Source: Candidatus Brockarchaeota archaeon (GTDB taxonomy: Archaea; Thermoproteota; EX4484-205; JAAOZP01). From it: 64,000 bases of DNA. Of the stretch, positions 9,559 through 19,020 are shown piece by piece (position 1 is the stretch's first letter; each line of letters starts with the position of its first letter). The position numbers were made by a program, and so were the translations under genes. A model generated the notes under the pieces. That model was given only the letters and a program-made list of their open reading frames with translations. It did not search any database and was not told the DNA's origin. The stretch is from NCBI GenBank assembly GCA_017601245.1, contig JAFNJB010000055.1, positions 56,455-120,454 on the forward strand, in the 5' to 3' direction.

Positions 9559-10397
9559 CTCTTACTCGCCTCGTAGTAAACGTATCTTATTAATTCTCGT
9601 GCAATATTTATCTTCAAATTTTCTTCAACACCCTTAAAATCCGGCTGGGAGTTAACATCTAATATAAAGGCTTTATCCCCCTTGAGCGATATGTCTACTC
9701 CGGCGAAATCACATTTTAAAAAGGTCGAGGCTTTAATAGCAAGTTCTTTTATCTCTTCACTGGCTTCAAAACTGCTTCCAACTCCGCCTTGAGATATGTT
9801 TGTAACGGGCTTTTCTGAAGTCCTCTTCATAACCGCTATTACACATCCTCCCAAGACCAATACCCTAAGGTCCCAATTATCTTCTTTAGCACATGATTGA
9901 GCTATCCAAACCATACTGCCCCCAGCGAAGCATAGTTCCTTAGAGTCTTCAATTAATCTTACTCCTCTTCCACGCGAGCCGTAAGTTGGTTTTAAGAAGA
10001 AGGGTAGATTCATTTCAGCAAGCATCTTTCTAGAAGGGGATATTATGGAATCGGGTATGGGAAGATTGTTTAACGATAAATTCCTGTAAGTGATAGTCTT
10101 GTCTAGAGTATTAAAATATCCCTGGAAAGAATTTAACACGTAAAAACCCTCTTCCTCAAGTATTCTTGTAAGGAACATGGCATAAAGCATTATCGGGCTG
10201 GATGTCGTCTTAGGTCTTGATAACACGCTTCTAACATTATTGTCAAATGCTCTCAGCAAGGTTTTCCCATTTTCGATCAAAACCGCAGTATCTTTAAAAT
10301 CAACTATTTTACAAGGTATTCCCTGCTTATTCGCCTCCTCTAATAAACGCATTGAGAAGTACGACATCGGTTTATGCGTTAAAATCGCTATTGCCAA
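9555..10397 (-). CDS. RimK-family ATP-grasp ligase (CofF/LysX/RimK-like alpha-L-glutamate ligase)
   Basis: 280 aa; ATP-grasp core FFLKPTYGSRGRGVRLIE and C-terminal GVDISLKGDKAFILDVNSQPDFKGVE. Confidence 0.65.
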   Translation of the reverse strand: MAIAILTHKPMSYFSMRLLEEANKQGIPCKIVDFKDTAVLIENGKTLLRAFDNNVRSVLSRPKTTSSPIMLYAMFLTRILEEEGFYVLNSFQGYFNTLDKTITYRNLSLNNLPIPDSIISPSRKMLAEMNLPFFLKPTYGSRGRGVRLIEDSKELCFAGGSMVWIAQSCAKEDNWDLRVLVLGGCVIAVMKRTSEKPVTNISQGGVGSSFEASEEIKELAIKASTFLKCDFAGVDISLKGDKAFILDVNSQPDFKGVEENLKINIARELIRYVYYEASKS

Positions 10398-10425
10398 TTC
10401 TACTTTAAACGCTCTACGCCTAAAT

Positions 10426-11031
10426 TTAAGCTTGATGTGCCAACAATTCTAAAAGCACAGAGCCCAAAGCTTTTAAAGTCGAGGCCTTGTCCTCCCCGCC
10501 TACGATGATTATTGAATCACCTTCTTTAGGCCCTATTTCACATATCTTGATATGATCCCTGTCGGAAATGGATTTAAGGTCATTGGTAACGTAGGGCACT
10601 TCTACGCTTCCATCTTTATAGAAGAGGAGGACTGCACCGGTTCCACCGAATCTGACAACCATATCCCTAATTCTCAGTATTTCAGATATTTTGATACCTC
10701 TTAGTACAGCAGCGTAATTTATCTTCCCTACTGACAAATATTCCAAGCTAATCCTACATATCTTTGGTACGAACACCCTTATTTTACTAAGCATGCTTAC
10801 GCCCTTTTCGGTCAATTTGCTACCTGCCCTAGAAGTAGATATCAATCTATGTTTTTTCATGTACTTAATCATGCTTTTTACAGAACCCTCTCCAAGGCCC
10901 AAAAGCTCCTGAAGCCTAGCTCTAGACAAGCCGCCTTCAGCATAAAACATGGCTAAAATAACATGGCCAATGTTAAAATCCTTAGGGTGTTTCTCGAGTT
11001 CTTTCACCATCTTCTTTAAAACTTGTTCCAC
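10426..11031 (-). CDS. winged-helix regulator-like protein with uncharacterised C-terminal domain
   Basis: N-terminal segment LSRARLQELLGLGEGSVKSMIKYMKKHRLIS looks like a wHTH; 201 aa. Confidence 0.35.
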   Translation of the reverse strand: MEQVLKKMVKELEKHPKDFNIGHVILAMFYAEGGLSRARLQELLGLGEGSVKSMIKYMKKHRLISTSRAGSKLTEKGVSMLSKIRVFVPKICRISLEYLSVGKINYAAVLRGIKISEILRIRDMVVRFGGTGAVLLFYKDGSVEVPYVTNDLKSISDRDHIKICEIGPKEGDSIIIVGGEDKASTLKALGSVLLELLAHQA

Positions 11032-11065
11032 AAAGTATTACAACTAGGGCTTCTGTAGAAAAACT

Positions 11066-11569
11066 TTAAGGCTTCTCAGGCGGCCAATGACTTGTGTCGA
11101 CAAGACACCATGCTATCACATCGCCGTCACTCAGAAAGTATGAATCGCATCCAGTTTCACCGAGCACCCAATCCTTTTTCGTAACGTCCCACTTATACCA
11201 AATCCAGTAATAGGAATCATGGGAATTCACATTGTTTATGCCTAGTACGAAGATGCCAAATGGGAAAGTCTGATAGCTCACCCTGCCCTTAGTCACGTAA
11301 ACAGTTGCGTTGAAAAGCGTCCATCCTACGGGAACCATAGTATTGTTGAACCATGTCTTGGTACCGTTTTCATACTTTATAAGTATGTTTACTCTATTGG
11401 TTATGCCTTCAACGCTTTTTAATAGCTCTGAGTAAGTCTTTTCTATATTATCTAACTGCATTTTCAAGTTGATTAAGAACATGGCTTCTCCTATTGCTAT
11501 TGCTAATAGGAATATTGTTGTAATAAACCATACGCTTCGTGGAAGTTTCATCTTGGACATTTTATCCAA
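11066..11569 (-). CDS. secreted DUF4430-like (transcobalamin-like) protein
   Basis: Signal anchor, then a C-terminus ending YFLSDGDVIAWCLV resembling the DUF4430 C-terminal GD-hh-hxh motif. 167 aa. Confidence 0.35.
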   Translation of the reverse strand: MDKMSKMKLPRSVWFITTIFLLAIAIGEAMFLINLKMQLDNIEKTYSELLKSVEGITNRVNILIKYENGTKTWFNNTMVPVGWTLFNATVYVTKGRVSYQTFPFGIFVLGINNVNSHDSYYWIWYKWDVTKKDWVLGETGCDSYFLSDGDVIAWCLVDTSHWPPEKP

Positions 11570-12125
11570 GATATCTCCTATTTAAATTTTTATCCTCTTG
11601 TCCGCTTACGCCACATATTACTGGTGTAATTAAGGGAAATAAAAACGCATTAGAAATCTCATGGATTAATCCCATTGGTAGAGGGAAATTCATCGTAAGC
11701 AACCCCATTATAACGGATCCGTAGAAAAGGTATCCTACGAAACTGTTTGTTATTACATCGTAAACAAAAGTGGAGAAAAAACCTAATGAGCTTAGGAATA
11801 GAGAATTATATAGATTTATCCTATTCCACTCCGCTTTAAGGCTTAAGGCAATTCTAGAAAATAGAACATAAACCATCTCGCTCAGAGTAACTAATATCAA
11901 TGTCGGTAGGCTAAAGCCCCAGGGGTTCAACGTTCCATAGACTATCCATATAACCACCGCTAGAGTTGCTCCAAATCTCATCCCGAATGCTAGGCTGGAT
12001 GCGAAAACTATGGAGTCCATAAGCTTAACATTTGGAACAATTACTAAAGCATAATTCGAAGAAATTGTCAGGGCTGATAGTAACGATAGAAGAGCAATGT
12101 TTCTTGCAAGCATTCTGGTTTTCAT
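11562..12125 (-). CDS. ECF-transporter S-component-like small membrane protein
   Basis: 187 aa, five to six TM helices; overlaps the DUF4430-like gene by 8 nt, a frequent pairing with ECF S components. Confidence 0.35.
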   Translation of the reverse strand: MKTRMLARNIALLSLLSALTISSNYALVIVPNVKLMDSIVFASSLAFGMRFGATLAVVIWIVYGTLNPWGFSLPTLILVTLSEMVYVLFSRIALSLKAEWNRINLYNSLFLSSLGFFSTFVYDVITNSFVGYLFYGSVIMGLLTMNFPLPMGLIHEISNAFLFPLITPVICGVSGQEDKNLNRRYLG

Positions 12126-12287
12126 ATTCTTATTCTATTTGGATATTTTATCCAACATCTTATTAAAGTTATATTCATAACCTTAACTTCAAAAATCAAC
12201 GATGAGGCTTAATCCATGTCTGTGAAAAGTTTTTAAATCGTGGTTTTTAAATAGAGTGAAAAGTTTAAAATACCGGAGGTCTGTGGT

Positions 12288-13235
12288 ATGAATATGCCAT
12301 CTAGGGTTATGATATTGCTAATAGCTATCATTACATTAATCAGTGCTTTTTCTGTTTACCGGTATTACAATAATAACCATCCTCAAGATGTGTCAAGGTC
12401 TGAGAGAATATCTTTACTTATGAGCCTTAACTTGACGGATCGTGAGACTGCCATATTGTTCGACGATAAATACAGTTATATGGCTGTTAACGGAAGCTAC
12501 AATCAGACTGTTCTCGAATTCTTCTCATACTGGTGTCTTAATCAAAGCCTTGCTGAGGAATGTCTAAATGCTTTTAAAAACGTTTGGGAAGCAAATAATT
12601 GCCTTTCTAAATACTATGAAAGGCCTAAGAGGATATTGTTTCTCATTGAACATGCTAATGCAACAGAGTCTGAAGCAGAGTTTTTCGATCGAGAATATAG
12701 CTATCTAGCTACGGGTACTGAGTATAATCAGACTGTTCTCAAATTCTTCAATTATTGGCGTGTAAATAACAGTTTAGCATCCCTTTCTTTAAGCATTCTT
12801 CAAGATATTGAAGAGACTAATAGCTACCTTTCTCAAATAGAAGGTGTTAACAAGAATTTTCTTTCAAAAGAGGATTTAACGCTAATTCTCGCAATATACA
12901 CTGATAAGGAAGAGTATTCGCTTACTAAGGGTGAAGAGTTAAAATTAACAGTTACTTTATTGAGCAGCAAGAATTTGGGGGATGTTAATATTGAAATATT
13001 TGGTTTTAAAAGTCGTCACAGGGGATATGTGGTTAATAATAAATGGATTGATCCTAGGGGTGTTTTGAAGATTCCAGTTCAGAGGGGTTTTAATTCAAAA
13101 ACATTCAGCATAGATATTCCATGCTCGCCTTGCTACGGTATTCAAAGCGGTTTAAACAATTTGACATGTGTAATTAAATATGGTAACTTGAGTCTAAGCG
13201 TTACAAAATCATTCCTATTAAAATCGGAATCTTAA
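12288..13235 (+). CDS. secreted cysteine-containing protein with internal tandem duplicated domain
   Basis: Signal anchor MNMPSRVMILLIAIITLISAF. Duplicated module FDDKYSYMAVNGSYNQTVLEFFSYWCLNQSLA / FDREYSYLATGTEYNQTVLKFFNYWRVNNSLA, plus a CSPC motif near the C-terminus. Confidence 0.5.
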   Translation: MNMPSRVMILLIAIITLISAFSVYRYYNNNHPQDVSRSERISLLMSLNLTDRETAILFDDKYSYMAVNGSYNQTVLEFFSYWCLNQSLAEECLNAFKNVWEANNCLSKYYERPKRILFLIEHANATESEAEFFDREYSYLATGTEYNQTVLKFFNYWRVNNSLASLSLSILQDIEETNSYLSQIEGVNKNFLSKEDLTLILAIYTDKEEYSLTKGEELKLTVTLLSSKNLGDVNIEIFGFKSRHRGYVVNNKWIDPRGVLKIPVQRGFNSKTFSIDIPCSPCYGIQSGLNNLTCVIKYGNLSLSVTKSFLLKSES

Positions 13236-13237
13236 AT

Positions 13238-14347
13238 TTGATGCAAAAACATTTCAAAAGTTTTCCGTCACTTGTCTTTACAGTAATATTCTTCTCGATT
13301 TTTCTGACGATTGCTAATGCTTCACCTCAGAATATAACCGTTTACTACTTTGTTGCAGAAGGCTGTGAACATTGCATAAGGGCTGAGAATCATATCAGCG
13401 TGATCAAGACGCATTATCCTAGCGTAGTTTTCAAAAGGTTCGACATATTTAATAACGATACTAACGTTGAACTGTTCATTACCCTTGCCGAAGGCTTTAA
13501 CATAACTGAAGAAAATCGTGAGGTGCCAGCGGTTTTCATAGGTGATAAGTGTCTAATTGGAGAGGAAGCCATTATTCAGAAATTAGAAAGTCTCATACTG
13601 GAATATACTAGTGGCGAGTATTACGATAAGGCTGGTGAAATAATAGAGCACTTAAAGAAGGATCGTACTGCATTATCCCTCCCCTCTCTAGCAAGCGTAG
13701 TAATCGCTGCCTTCATAGATTCACTAAACCCTTGTGCATTTGCTACAATAATACTGCTCTTAACATATTCTATTTCACAGGGCTCCCCTAAGAGGATGCT
13801 GTTAAATTGCGGAGCGTTCATAATCGGCGTCTTAGTCTCTTACTTTAGCATTGGCATGGGTCTACTATACTTGATTAACATTTCTCCATTTAGAATATTA
13901 TTGCGTTACTTAATCGGCTCAGTAGCAATCTTCTTCGCAATACTGGAGTTTAAGGAATTCCTTTTTTACGGCAAGGGTATAAACCTCGAACGGCCTGATG
14001 CTTTAGACAGGATCATAAAAAGATACTCTTCTAACATAACAATTGCAGCAGGTTTTCTAATTGGCATGGCTGTTTCGATGATTGAATTACCTTGTACCGG
14101 TGGAATCTACATATCAATGCTATACGTGCTTGCAAAAGTGGGTTTGACATTACAGGTTTTCTTACTCCTCCTTTTATACAACGTAATATTCATTCTACCC
14201 CTTATCGTTATCGTCATTCTCGTTTACTTAGGTAAGAGTTTATTGGAGATCGATGCTTGGAGGATTGAGAAGAGAAGGTACATGAGGCTGATAGCGGGGA
14301 TACTCCTGCTAATAGTGAGTATTGCAATAATTACTGGCTTAATCTAA
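13238..14347 (+). CDS. thioredoxin-fold (CxxC) domain fused to CcdA/DsbD-family transmembrane thiol-disulfide transporter
   Basis: Signal peptide; Trx-like YYFVAEGCEHCIRAE; TM domain with the two DsbD/CcdA signature cysteines, SLNPCAF (TM1) and ELPCTGG (TM4). Confidence 0.7.
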   Translation: MMQKHFKSFPSLVFTVIFFSIFLTIANASPQNITVYYFVAEGCEHCIRAENHISVIKTHYPSVVFKRFDIFNNDTNVELFITLAEGFNITEENREVPAVFIGDKCLIGEEAIIQKLESLILEYTSGEYYDKAGEIIEHLKKDRTALSLPSLASVVIAAFIDSLNPCAFATIILLLTYSISQGSPKRMLLNCGAFIIGVLVSYFSIGMGLLYLINISPFRILLRYLIGSVAIFFAILEFKEFLFYGKGINLERPDALDRIIKRYSSNITIAAGFLIGMAVSMIELPCTGGIYISMLYVLAKVGLTLQVFLLLLLYNVIFILPLIVIVILVYLGKSLLEIDAWRIEKRRYMRLIAGILLLIVSIAIITGLI

Positions 14348-14349
14348 CT

Positions 14350-15675
14350 CTAACCGAATGCTCTTGTTATCTTAACGTTCCTAATTACTGCAGTGGGAGC
14401 ATATGTTGGTACTTCTACCTCCCACCATTTAATGGGATAGAGCCTGTCTGAAAGAAGTTCTATGTTAGAAATGATTCTTTGAAGATTGTCGCTTATTCTA
14501 CATCCTTTGACTGGATACTTAATCTCGCCATCTTCAACGTAGAAAGCACCGTCCCTAACTATAGTGGAGAAGTCTCCAGTCTTATAGTTCTGGTATCTCT
14601 GATACCAACTGTTTGTTAAAAATAATCCTTTTCCAAGTTTCTGCAACATGTCTTCTTCCTTTACGTTACCAGGCTTAATTATTATGTTCCAAGGATGTGG
14701 GTATATTATTCCAGCGTTTCCTGTGGATGATGTTCCAGCAACCCTAGCCGTCCTACTATTGTGTAAATAGTTTTTTAAAACACCGTTCTCTATTATTACC
14801 GTTCTCTGAGTAGGTATGCCCTCCTCGTCGAAAATTTTCTCACCTAGACCCTGAGGCATAGTAGGATCATCTATAATAGTTAGCTCATCTGCACCAACCT
14901 TCTCACCAAGCTTACCGCTGAGAAAGCTCATTTCTATTTGAACAAGAAAGCCTGAGGCAAAACCTGCAACCTCACTCATTATATTTGCAAATATTAATGG
15001 TCCCATGTAAACATCATACACCCCTTCTTCTATGAATCTTGGGTTTAGGCTCTTTCTAGCTATTTCGCCAGCCCTCCTACCAGCATCGTAAGGATCGAAG
15101 TCTCTTAGAGTTGTAGAGCATGAGACCCATTGCCCAGTTGCTTCTGAACTTGCAAACGCCCGGTGGTTAAGGCTTATTGATGAAGATTCTTCTTGTAAGT
15201 CTAGGCCTGTTGAAGAAACAAGCCTCTCCTCCTGGTGATCAGCATATATTATTCCCGCGCTCCTCTCTGCACCAGATTCCCTGCTTGCCTTAACAGCTTC
15301 GGAAACATAGGAAATCAATTGCTCATCCATTCTCCTTATTCTCCCCTCAACCCTTTTTCCAGTCCTATAATTGAAAGGCCCTTTCGGTATTGGAGCATAA
15401 TACGGGGATGGTGGGGAGTTTTTAGTCATGGTTATAACATCGTCAACGATTTTCTCGATGAAGTCTTCGGAGACGTTTTCAAAGCTTCCCAAGAAGCTTC
15501 TTTCCCTAATGCTGCTGTATATTGTTACGGTATTTATCACCTCGGAGAGGGCTATGGTGGGTTCATTGTTAGCATATCTTACAGAGCTCCTCTCATGTGT
15601 TCTCAGTATTACTATTGCTTCTTCAGCTCCTTTTTCCATTAGCATTTTCAAAACCTTCTCATGAAGCTCAACCAT
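14350..15675 (-). CDS. pmbA: TldE/PmbA-family metalloprotease-associated protein
   Basis: 441 aa TldD/PmbA fold lacking HExxxH; sits immediately downstream of TldD. Confidence 0.8.
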   Translation of the reverse strand: MVELHEKVLKMLMEKGAEEAIVILRTHERSSVRYANNEPTIALSEVINTVTIYSSIRERSFLGSFENVSEDFIEKIVDDVITMTKNSPPSPYYAPIPKGPFNYRTGKRVEGRIRRMDEQLISYVSEAVKASRESGAERSAGIIYADHQEERLVSSTGLDLQEESSSISLNHRAFASSEATGQWVSCSTTLRDFDPYDAGRRAGEIARKSLNPRFIEEGVYDVYMGPLIFANIMSEVAGFASGFLVQIEMSFLSGKLGEKVGADELTIIDDPTMPQGLGEKIFDEEGIPTQRTVIIENGVLKNYLHNSRTARVAGTSSTGNAGIIYPHPWNIIIKPGNVKEEDMLQKLGKGLFLTNSWYQRYQNYKTGDFSTIVRDGAFYVEDGEIKYPVKGCRISDNLQRIISNIELLSDRLYPIKWWEVEVPTYAPTAVIRNVKITRAFG

Positions 15676-15676
15676 G

Positions 15677-17110
15677 CTATCCTACACCTCCTACCCTGAT
15701 GCTCCTTATTCTTACACTGGGTCCCCCGGTGTATACTGGTACTCCTTGCATAGGATCTCCCTTACCGCACGTTGCTGCTGTAAAACCCAAATCCCTGCCT
15801 ACGGCATCGATGCTTGTGAAAAGCTTCTCGGTAGTTATTTCTATGACCGGATTTTTAACGGGAACCGTTAATTTACCATCTTCTATGAGATAGGCTTCAA
15901 GACCAACGTATCTCTGGTTCCACCTTTTATCGTCAATATTCCACTCCATAAAGCTCTTGATATAGACTCCTTTCGAAACATCGTTTAAAAGCTCTTCTAA
16001 AGTGTAATCTCCCGGAAGCATGAAGGTATTAGACATCCTAACTATCGGCTCCACATCGTATCCTGATGCTCTTGCAGAACCATTGCTTTTTACACCCAGC
16101 TTTGCTGCAGTCTCCCTGTTCATTAAGAATTCGAATATCCTTCCCTCTTTTATCAAGTATTTTCTCCTAGCCTTAACTCCCTCGTCGTCGAAAAGATAAA
16201 ACCCAAAGGAGCCGGGTATAGTTGGGTCGTCGACCAGATTGACAATTTCACTTCCAATCTTCCTACCAATATCGTTCGGCGTCAGATATGATTCGCCTGC
16301 TTGAGCCCCTTCTCTACCAAGTATTCTATCAGCTTCCCCAGGGTGTCCAGAGGCTTCATGCGATATTATTCCCGTCACCTCGCTACCGATAACCACGTCC
16401 ATAATCCCCTCAGGAGTCCTTATTGAATCGACAAGCATTTTATGAAGCGCTTTTACCTCTTCTTTTAGCTTCTCCTCAAGCTTCCAAGACTCTACGGCTT
16501 CCAAGCCTCCTGAGCCTCCAAATTGCAGGGTTCTCTGTATAACCCCCTTAGAGGGATCCGCTACTGTTATCAATGCTGAGAAAGAGGGGCGTGTTGTCCT
16601 TGATGATATGAAAGCCCCTTCAGTGTTAACATATAATCGTTCGCTCCTTTCTTCTGAATAGGCTAGATATCTAGATGATACGCTTACACCTTGGCTTAAA
16701 ATCTCATCATCCAATTTCTTAAGGAAATCGACTTTATCGTTTAAACTCCAATTCTCAAGATTCTTCTTTTCGAAAACACTCCACTCTATAGAATATGCCT
16801 CTTCTTCTGAAAAACTAATAGCTGTCTTCTTATTTAATGAAGATGCCCTGGCCATTTTAATGGCTTTATCCACTACGCTTGTAATCGTTTCAGGCTTTAA
16901 TAGATTAGTTGAAGCAAAACCCAATCCTCCATTAACGATAACCCTAATACCTATTCCTCTTTCATAATTTGCCTCAACTGCTTCCACTTCTCCGTTTTTT
17001 AAAGCAATGTTTTTCTCAAAATCGTTGTGGAATCTAGCTTCGGCATAGGAGGCTCCGGATGCAATAGCATAATCGAGAATCCTTTTCAACAGTTCAACCA
17101 AGTTTGTCAT
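15677..17110 (-). CDS. tldD: TldD metalloprotease
   Basis: 477 aa with HExxxH in GIISHEASGHPGEAD; a TldD/TldE pair separated by 1 nt. Confidence 0.85.
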   Translation of the reverse strand: MTNLVELLKRILDYAIASGASYAEARFHNDFEKNIALKNGEVEAVEANYERGIGIRVIVNGGLGFASTNLLKPETITSVVDKAIKMARASSLNKKTAISFSEEEAYSIEWSVFEKKNLENWSLNDKVDFLKKLDDEILSQGVSVSSRYLAYSEERSERLYVNTEGAFISSRTTRPSFSALITVADPSKGVIQRTLQFGGSGGLEAVESWKLEEKLKEEVKALHKMLVDSIRTPEGIMDVVIGSEVTGIISHEASGHPGEADRILGREGAQAGESYLTPNDIGRKIGSEIVNLVDDPTIPGSFGFYLFDDEGVKARRKYLIKEGRIFEFLMNRETAAKLGVKSNGSARASGYDVEPIVRMSNTFMLPGDYTLEELLNDVSKGVYIKSFMEWNIDDKRWNQRYVGLEAYLIEDGKLTVPVKNPVIEITTEKLFTSIDAVGRDLGFTAATCGKGDPMQGVPVYTGGPSVRIRSIRVGGVG

Positions 17111-17266
17111 GTTCCTAAGAATCTTAATCTTTTTTATAAACTTCTCGCATCTTTTTTTGGGAAAATATTTAAGCTGCTTTATTGTTATTTTTTAACAGTT
17201 TTGACAGAAGAGTTAAAGAGGGTGCTTTCGGAAATCCAGAGTTCCCTATGTCCACTAACTTTTTCA

Positions 17267-17605
17267 ATGAGAAAGTATATTGACAATGGTTTAGAGGTTA
17301 ATATAGATGATATTGACACTCTAGGGCAGAGTTTTATTTCGCTTGCAAACCGTTTCAGGAATCAACTTAAGGAATTAAAGCACACAGTCTTGTCGCTTAC
17401 TCTCATGGAAGCTGGTGTAAGTATAAGGGGAAGAGTTAGGAGAATGAGGAGGAGAGGAGTATCAGCAGATGATATCGTGTTCTTTGAGGAAGTTTATTCT
17501 CTAGTAAAACTTATTGAAGATAGTATTGCTTCCGGAGAGTATTATGAGGAGCTTTTAAAAATATATCGAGGTAAGCTTAACGAAGATCTCCACACTCACA
17601 CATAG
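17267..17605 (+). CDS. hypothetical protein (start uncertain)
   Basis: ORF-track frame 17027-17605; the upstream part overlaps the TldD start, so the first plausible internal ATG (17267) is taken. No motifs. Confidence 0.2.
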   Translation: MRKYIDNGLEVNIDDIDTLGQSFISLANRFRNQLKELKHTVLSLTLMEAGVSIRGRVRRMRRRGVSADDIVFFEEVYSLVKLIEDSIASGEYYEELLKIYRGKLNEDLHTHT

Positions 17606-18332
17606 CATCGTGTATGATCGATTCCAATGCTTCAAATCCTGTTTTAGTAATGGCTGAAACAAAAACAGTTCTTTGTCTCCTAAGCATAGGATGTATGATT
17701 CTAGAATATTCTAACATGTATTCCTGTAAGAGTCCACCCTCTTCTTCAACAATCCTTTTTTCTAAATAATCCGGATTCTGCATTAAGAGTTCCAGATCGC
17801 TTCTTCCCAATGCATCAGCTTTGGTAACTACGTGGACAAGTGGAACGTTTAATCTCAACCTGCACGCTGCTGCTAATGAAAACATAGCTATAAGATCGCT
17901 TGGGTGACATATTAGCTGACCGTCTATTAAAAATACTATTATCGTCCTACCAATTCCAGAAAGGCTATTTACAATCTCCGGCCCCGTATTTCTGAATACG
18001 AACAACTCGCTTTGGCCGGGAGTATCAATAAGCCTATAATCTGCTTGGGAAAGTTCTATTCTAGAAGTTAATTCACGACTCTTTTCAGCCAACATGTCCA
18101 TGGCCCTTATCATAGCTCCATTTGGCCCTAGCTTTTCCCTCTTCATTATCTCCTCAACTGTAAAGAATTCTCTAATATCGAATGATGGAGAATAGGGTAC
18201 TTCTTCAGCTCCAGGATCAAGATTTACAAAAGAAATTTTCTGACCGCTTGAGCCTAGCCACTTACCATATTCGCTAACTAGAGTTGTCTTTCCCGATCCA
18301 GCTGGACCTATGAAAACTATCTGCATTACCAA
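17577..18332 (-). CDS. GPN-loop GTPase
   Basis: P-loop GPAGSGKTT and the eponymous GPN motif (KLGPNGAMI). 251 aa, archaeal PAB0955/Npa3 family. Confidence 0.8.
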   Translation of the reverse strand: MVMQIVFIGPAGSGKTTLVSEYGKWLGSSGQKISFVNLDPGAEEVPYSPSFDIREFFTVEEIMKREKLGPNGAMIRAMDMLAEKSRELTSRIELSQADYRLIDTPGQSELFVFRNTGPEIVNSLSGIGRTIIVFLIDGQLICHPSDLIAMFSLAAACRLRLNVPLVHVVTKADALGRSDLELLMQNPDYLEKRIVEEEGGLLQEYMLEYSRIIHPMLRRQRTVFVSAITKTGFEALESIIHDAMCECGDLR

Positions 18333-18379
18333 TTTTACTTAGAGACTCAAACCGAGACTACTTAAATATTGTATTAGGA

Positions 18380-18997
18380 TTAAGCTTCTCCCTCGATTTC
18401 TTTCAATAGCCTTGATAAGAAAGCCTCCATGAATTCGTGTCTTTCTTTTGCAATTGCTTTAGCCATCCTAGTGTTTAATAAATACCTTATTTTAAGAAGC
18501 TTATCGTAAAAATGTTTGAGAGTTGAAGCAACGTTCTCATCTTTAGAATAAATGGGGATTTTCCTATTACCTCCGTGGGAGAACGTTCTCGCAATGCCTA
18601 TGGCACCGATTGCATCCAGGCGGTCGGCATCTTGGAGTATTTTCGCCTCTAAGGTGGTTGCTTTGATTCCACTCTTGAACCTGTGTTGTCTAATTGCTTC
18701 TTGGACTTTTACTATCTTATCTCTTGGGAAACCTATTTCATAAAGGATTTTACCTGCAATCTCAGCGCTTTTCTCAGAATGGTCGATGCCTTCCTCAAAC
18801 TCGTATGAAATACCAACGTCGTGAAGAAGGGCTGCTGCAGTAAGTACCTCGGGATCACCGCCCTCCTCATTCATAATCTTCATACACATTTTATAGACTC
18901 TTTCAGCATGAGACCAATCATGTCCAGGATCTGAATTGTAATACTTCAATGCCTTCTCTCTAATTAAATCTACTAAACTATTCATGTTCTGGAACAT
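18380..18997 (-). CDS. HD-domain phosphohydrolase
   Basis: H...HD motif (WSHAERV ... LLHDVG). 205 aa. Confidence 0.7.
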   Translation of the reverse strand: MFQNMNSLVDLIREKALKYYNSDPGHDWSHAERVYKMCMKIMNEEGGDPEVLTAAALLHDVGISYEFEEGIDHSEKSAEIAGKILYEIGFPRDKIVKVQEAIRQHRFKSGIKATTLEAKILQDADRLDAIGAIGIARTFSHGGNRKIPIYSKDENVASTLKHFYDKLLKIRYLLNTRMAKAIAKERHEFMEAFLSRLLKEIEGEA

Positions 18998-19020
18998 CTC
19001 CGTAAAGACCTTATGCTGAG

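Noticed and set aside
15235-15893. Plus-strand ORFs 15235-15642, 15428-15664, 15597-15893 and 15674-15871
   Set aside because: Antisense to the tldD/pmbA coding sequences. Ser/Leu/Pro-rich shadow frames.
17027-17266. N-terminal extension of ORF 17027-17605
   Set aside because: It overlaps the tldD start on the opposite strand, so the gene start was moved to the internal ATG at 17267.
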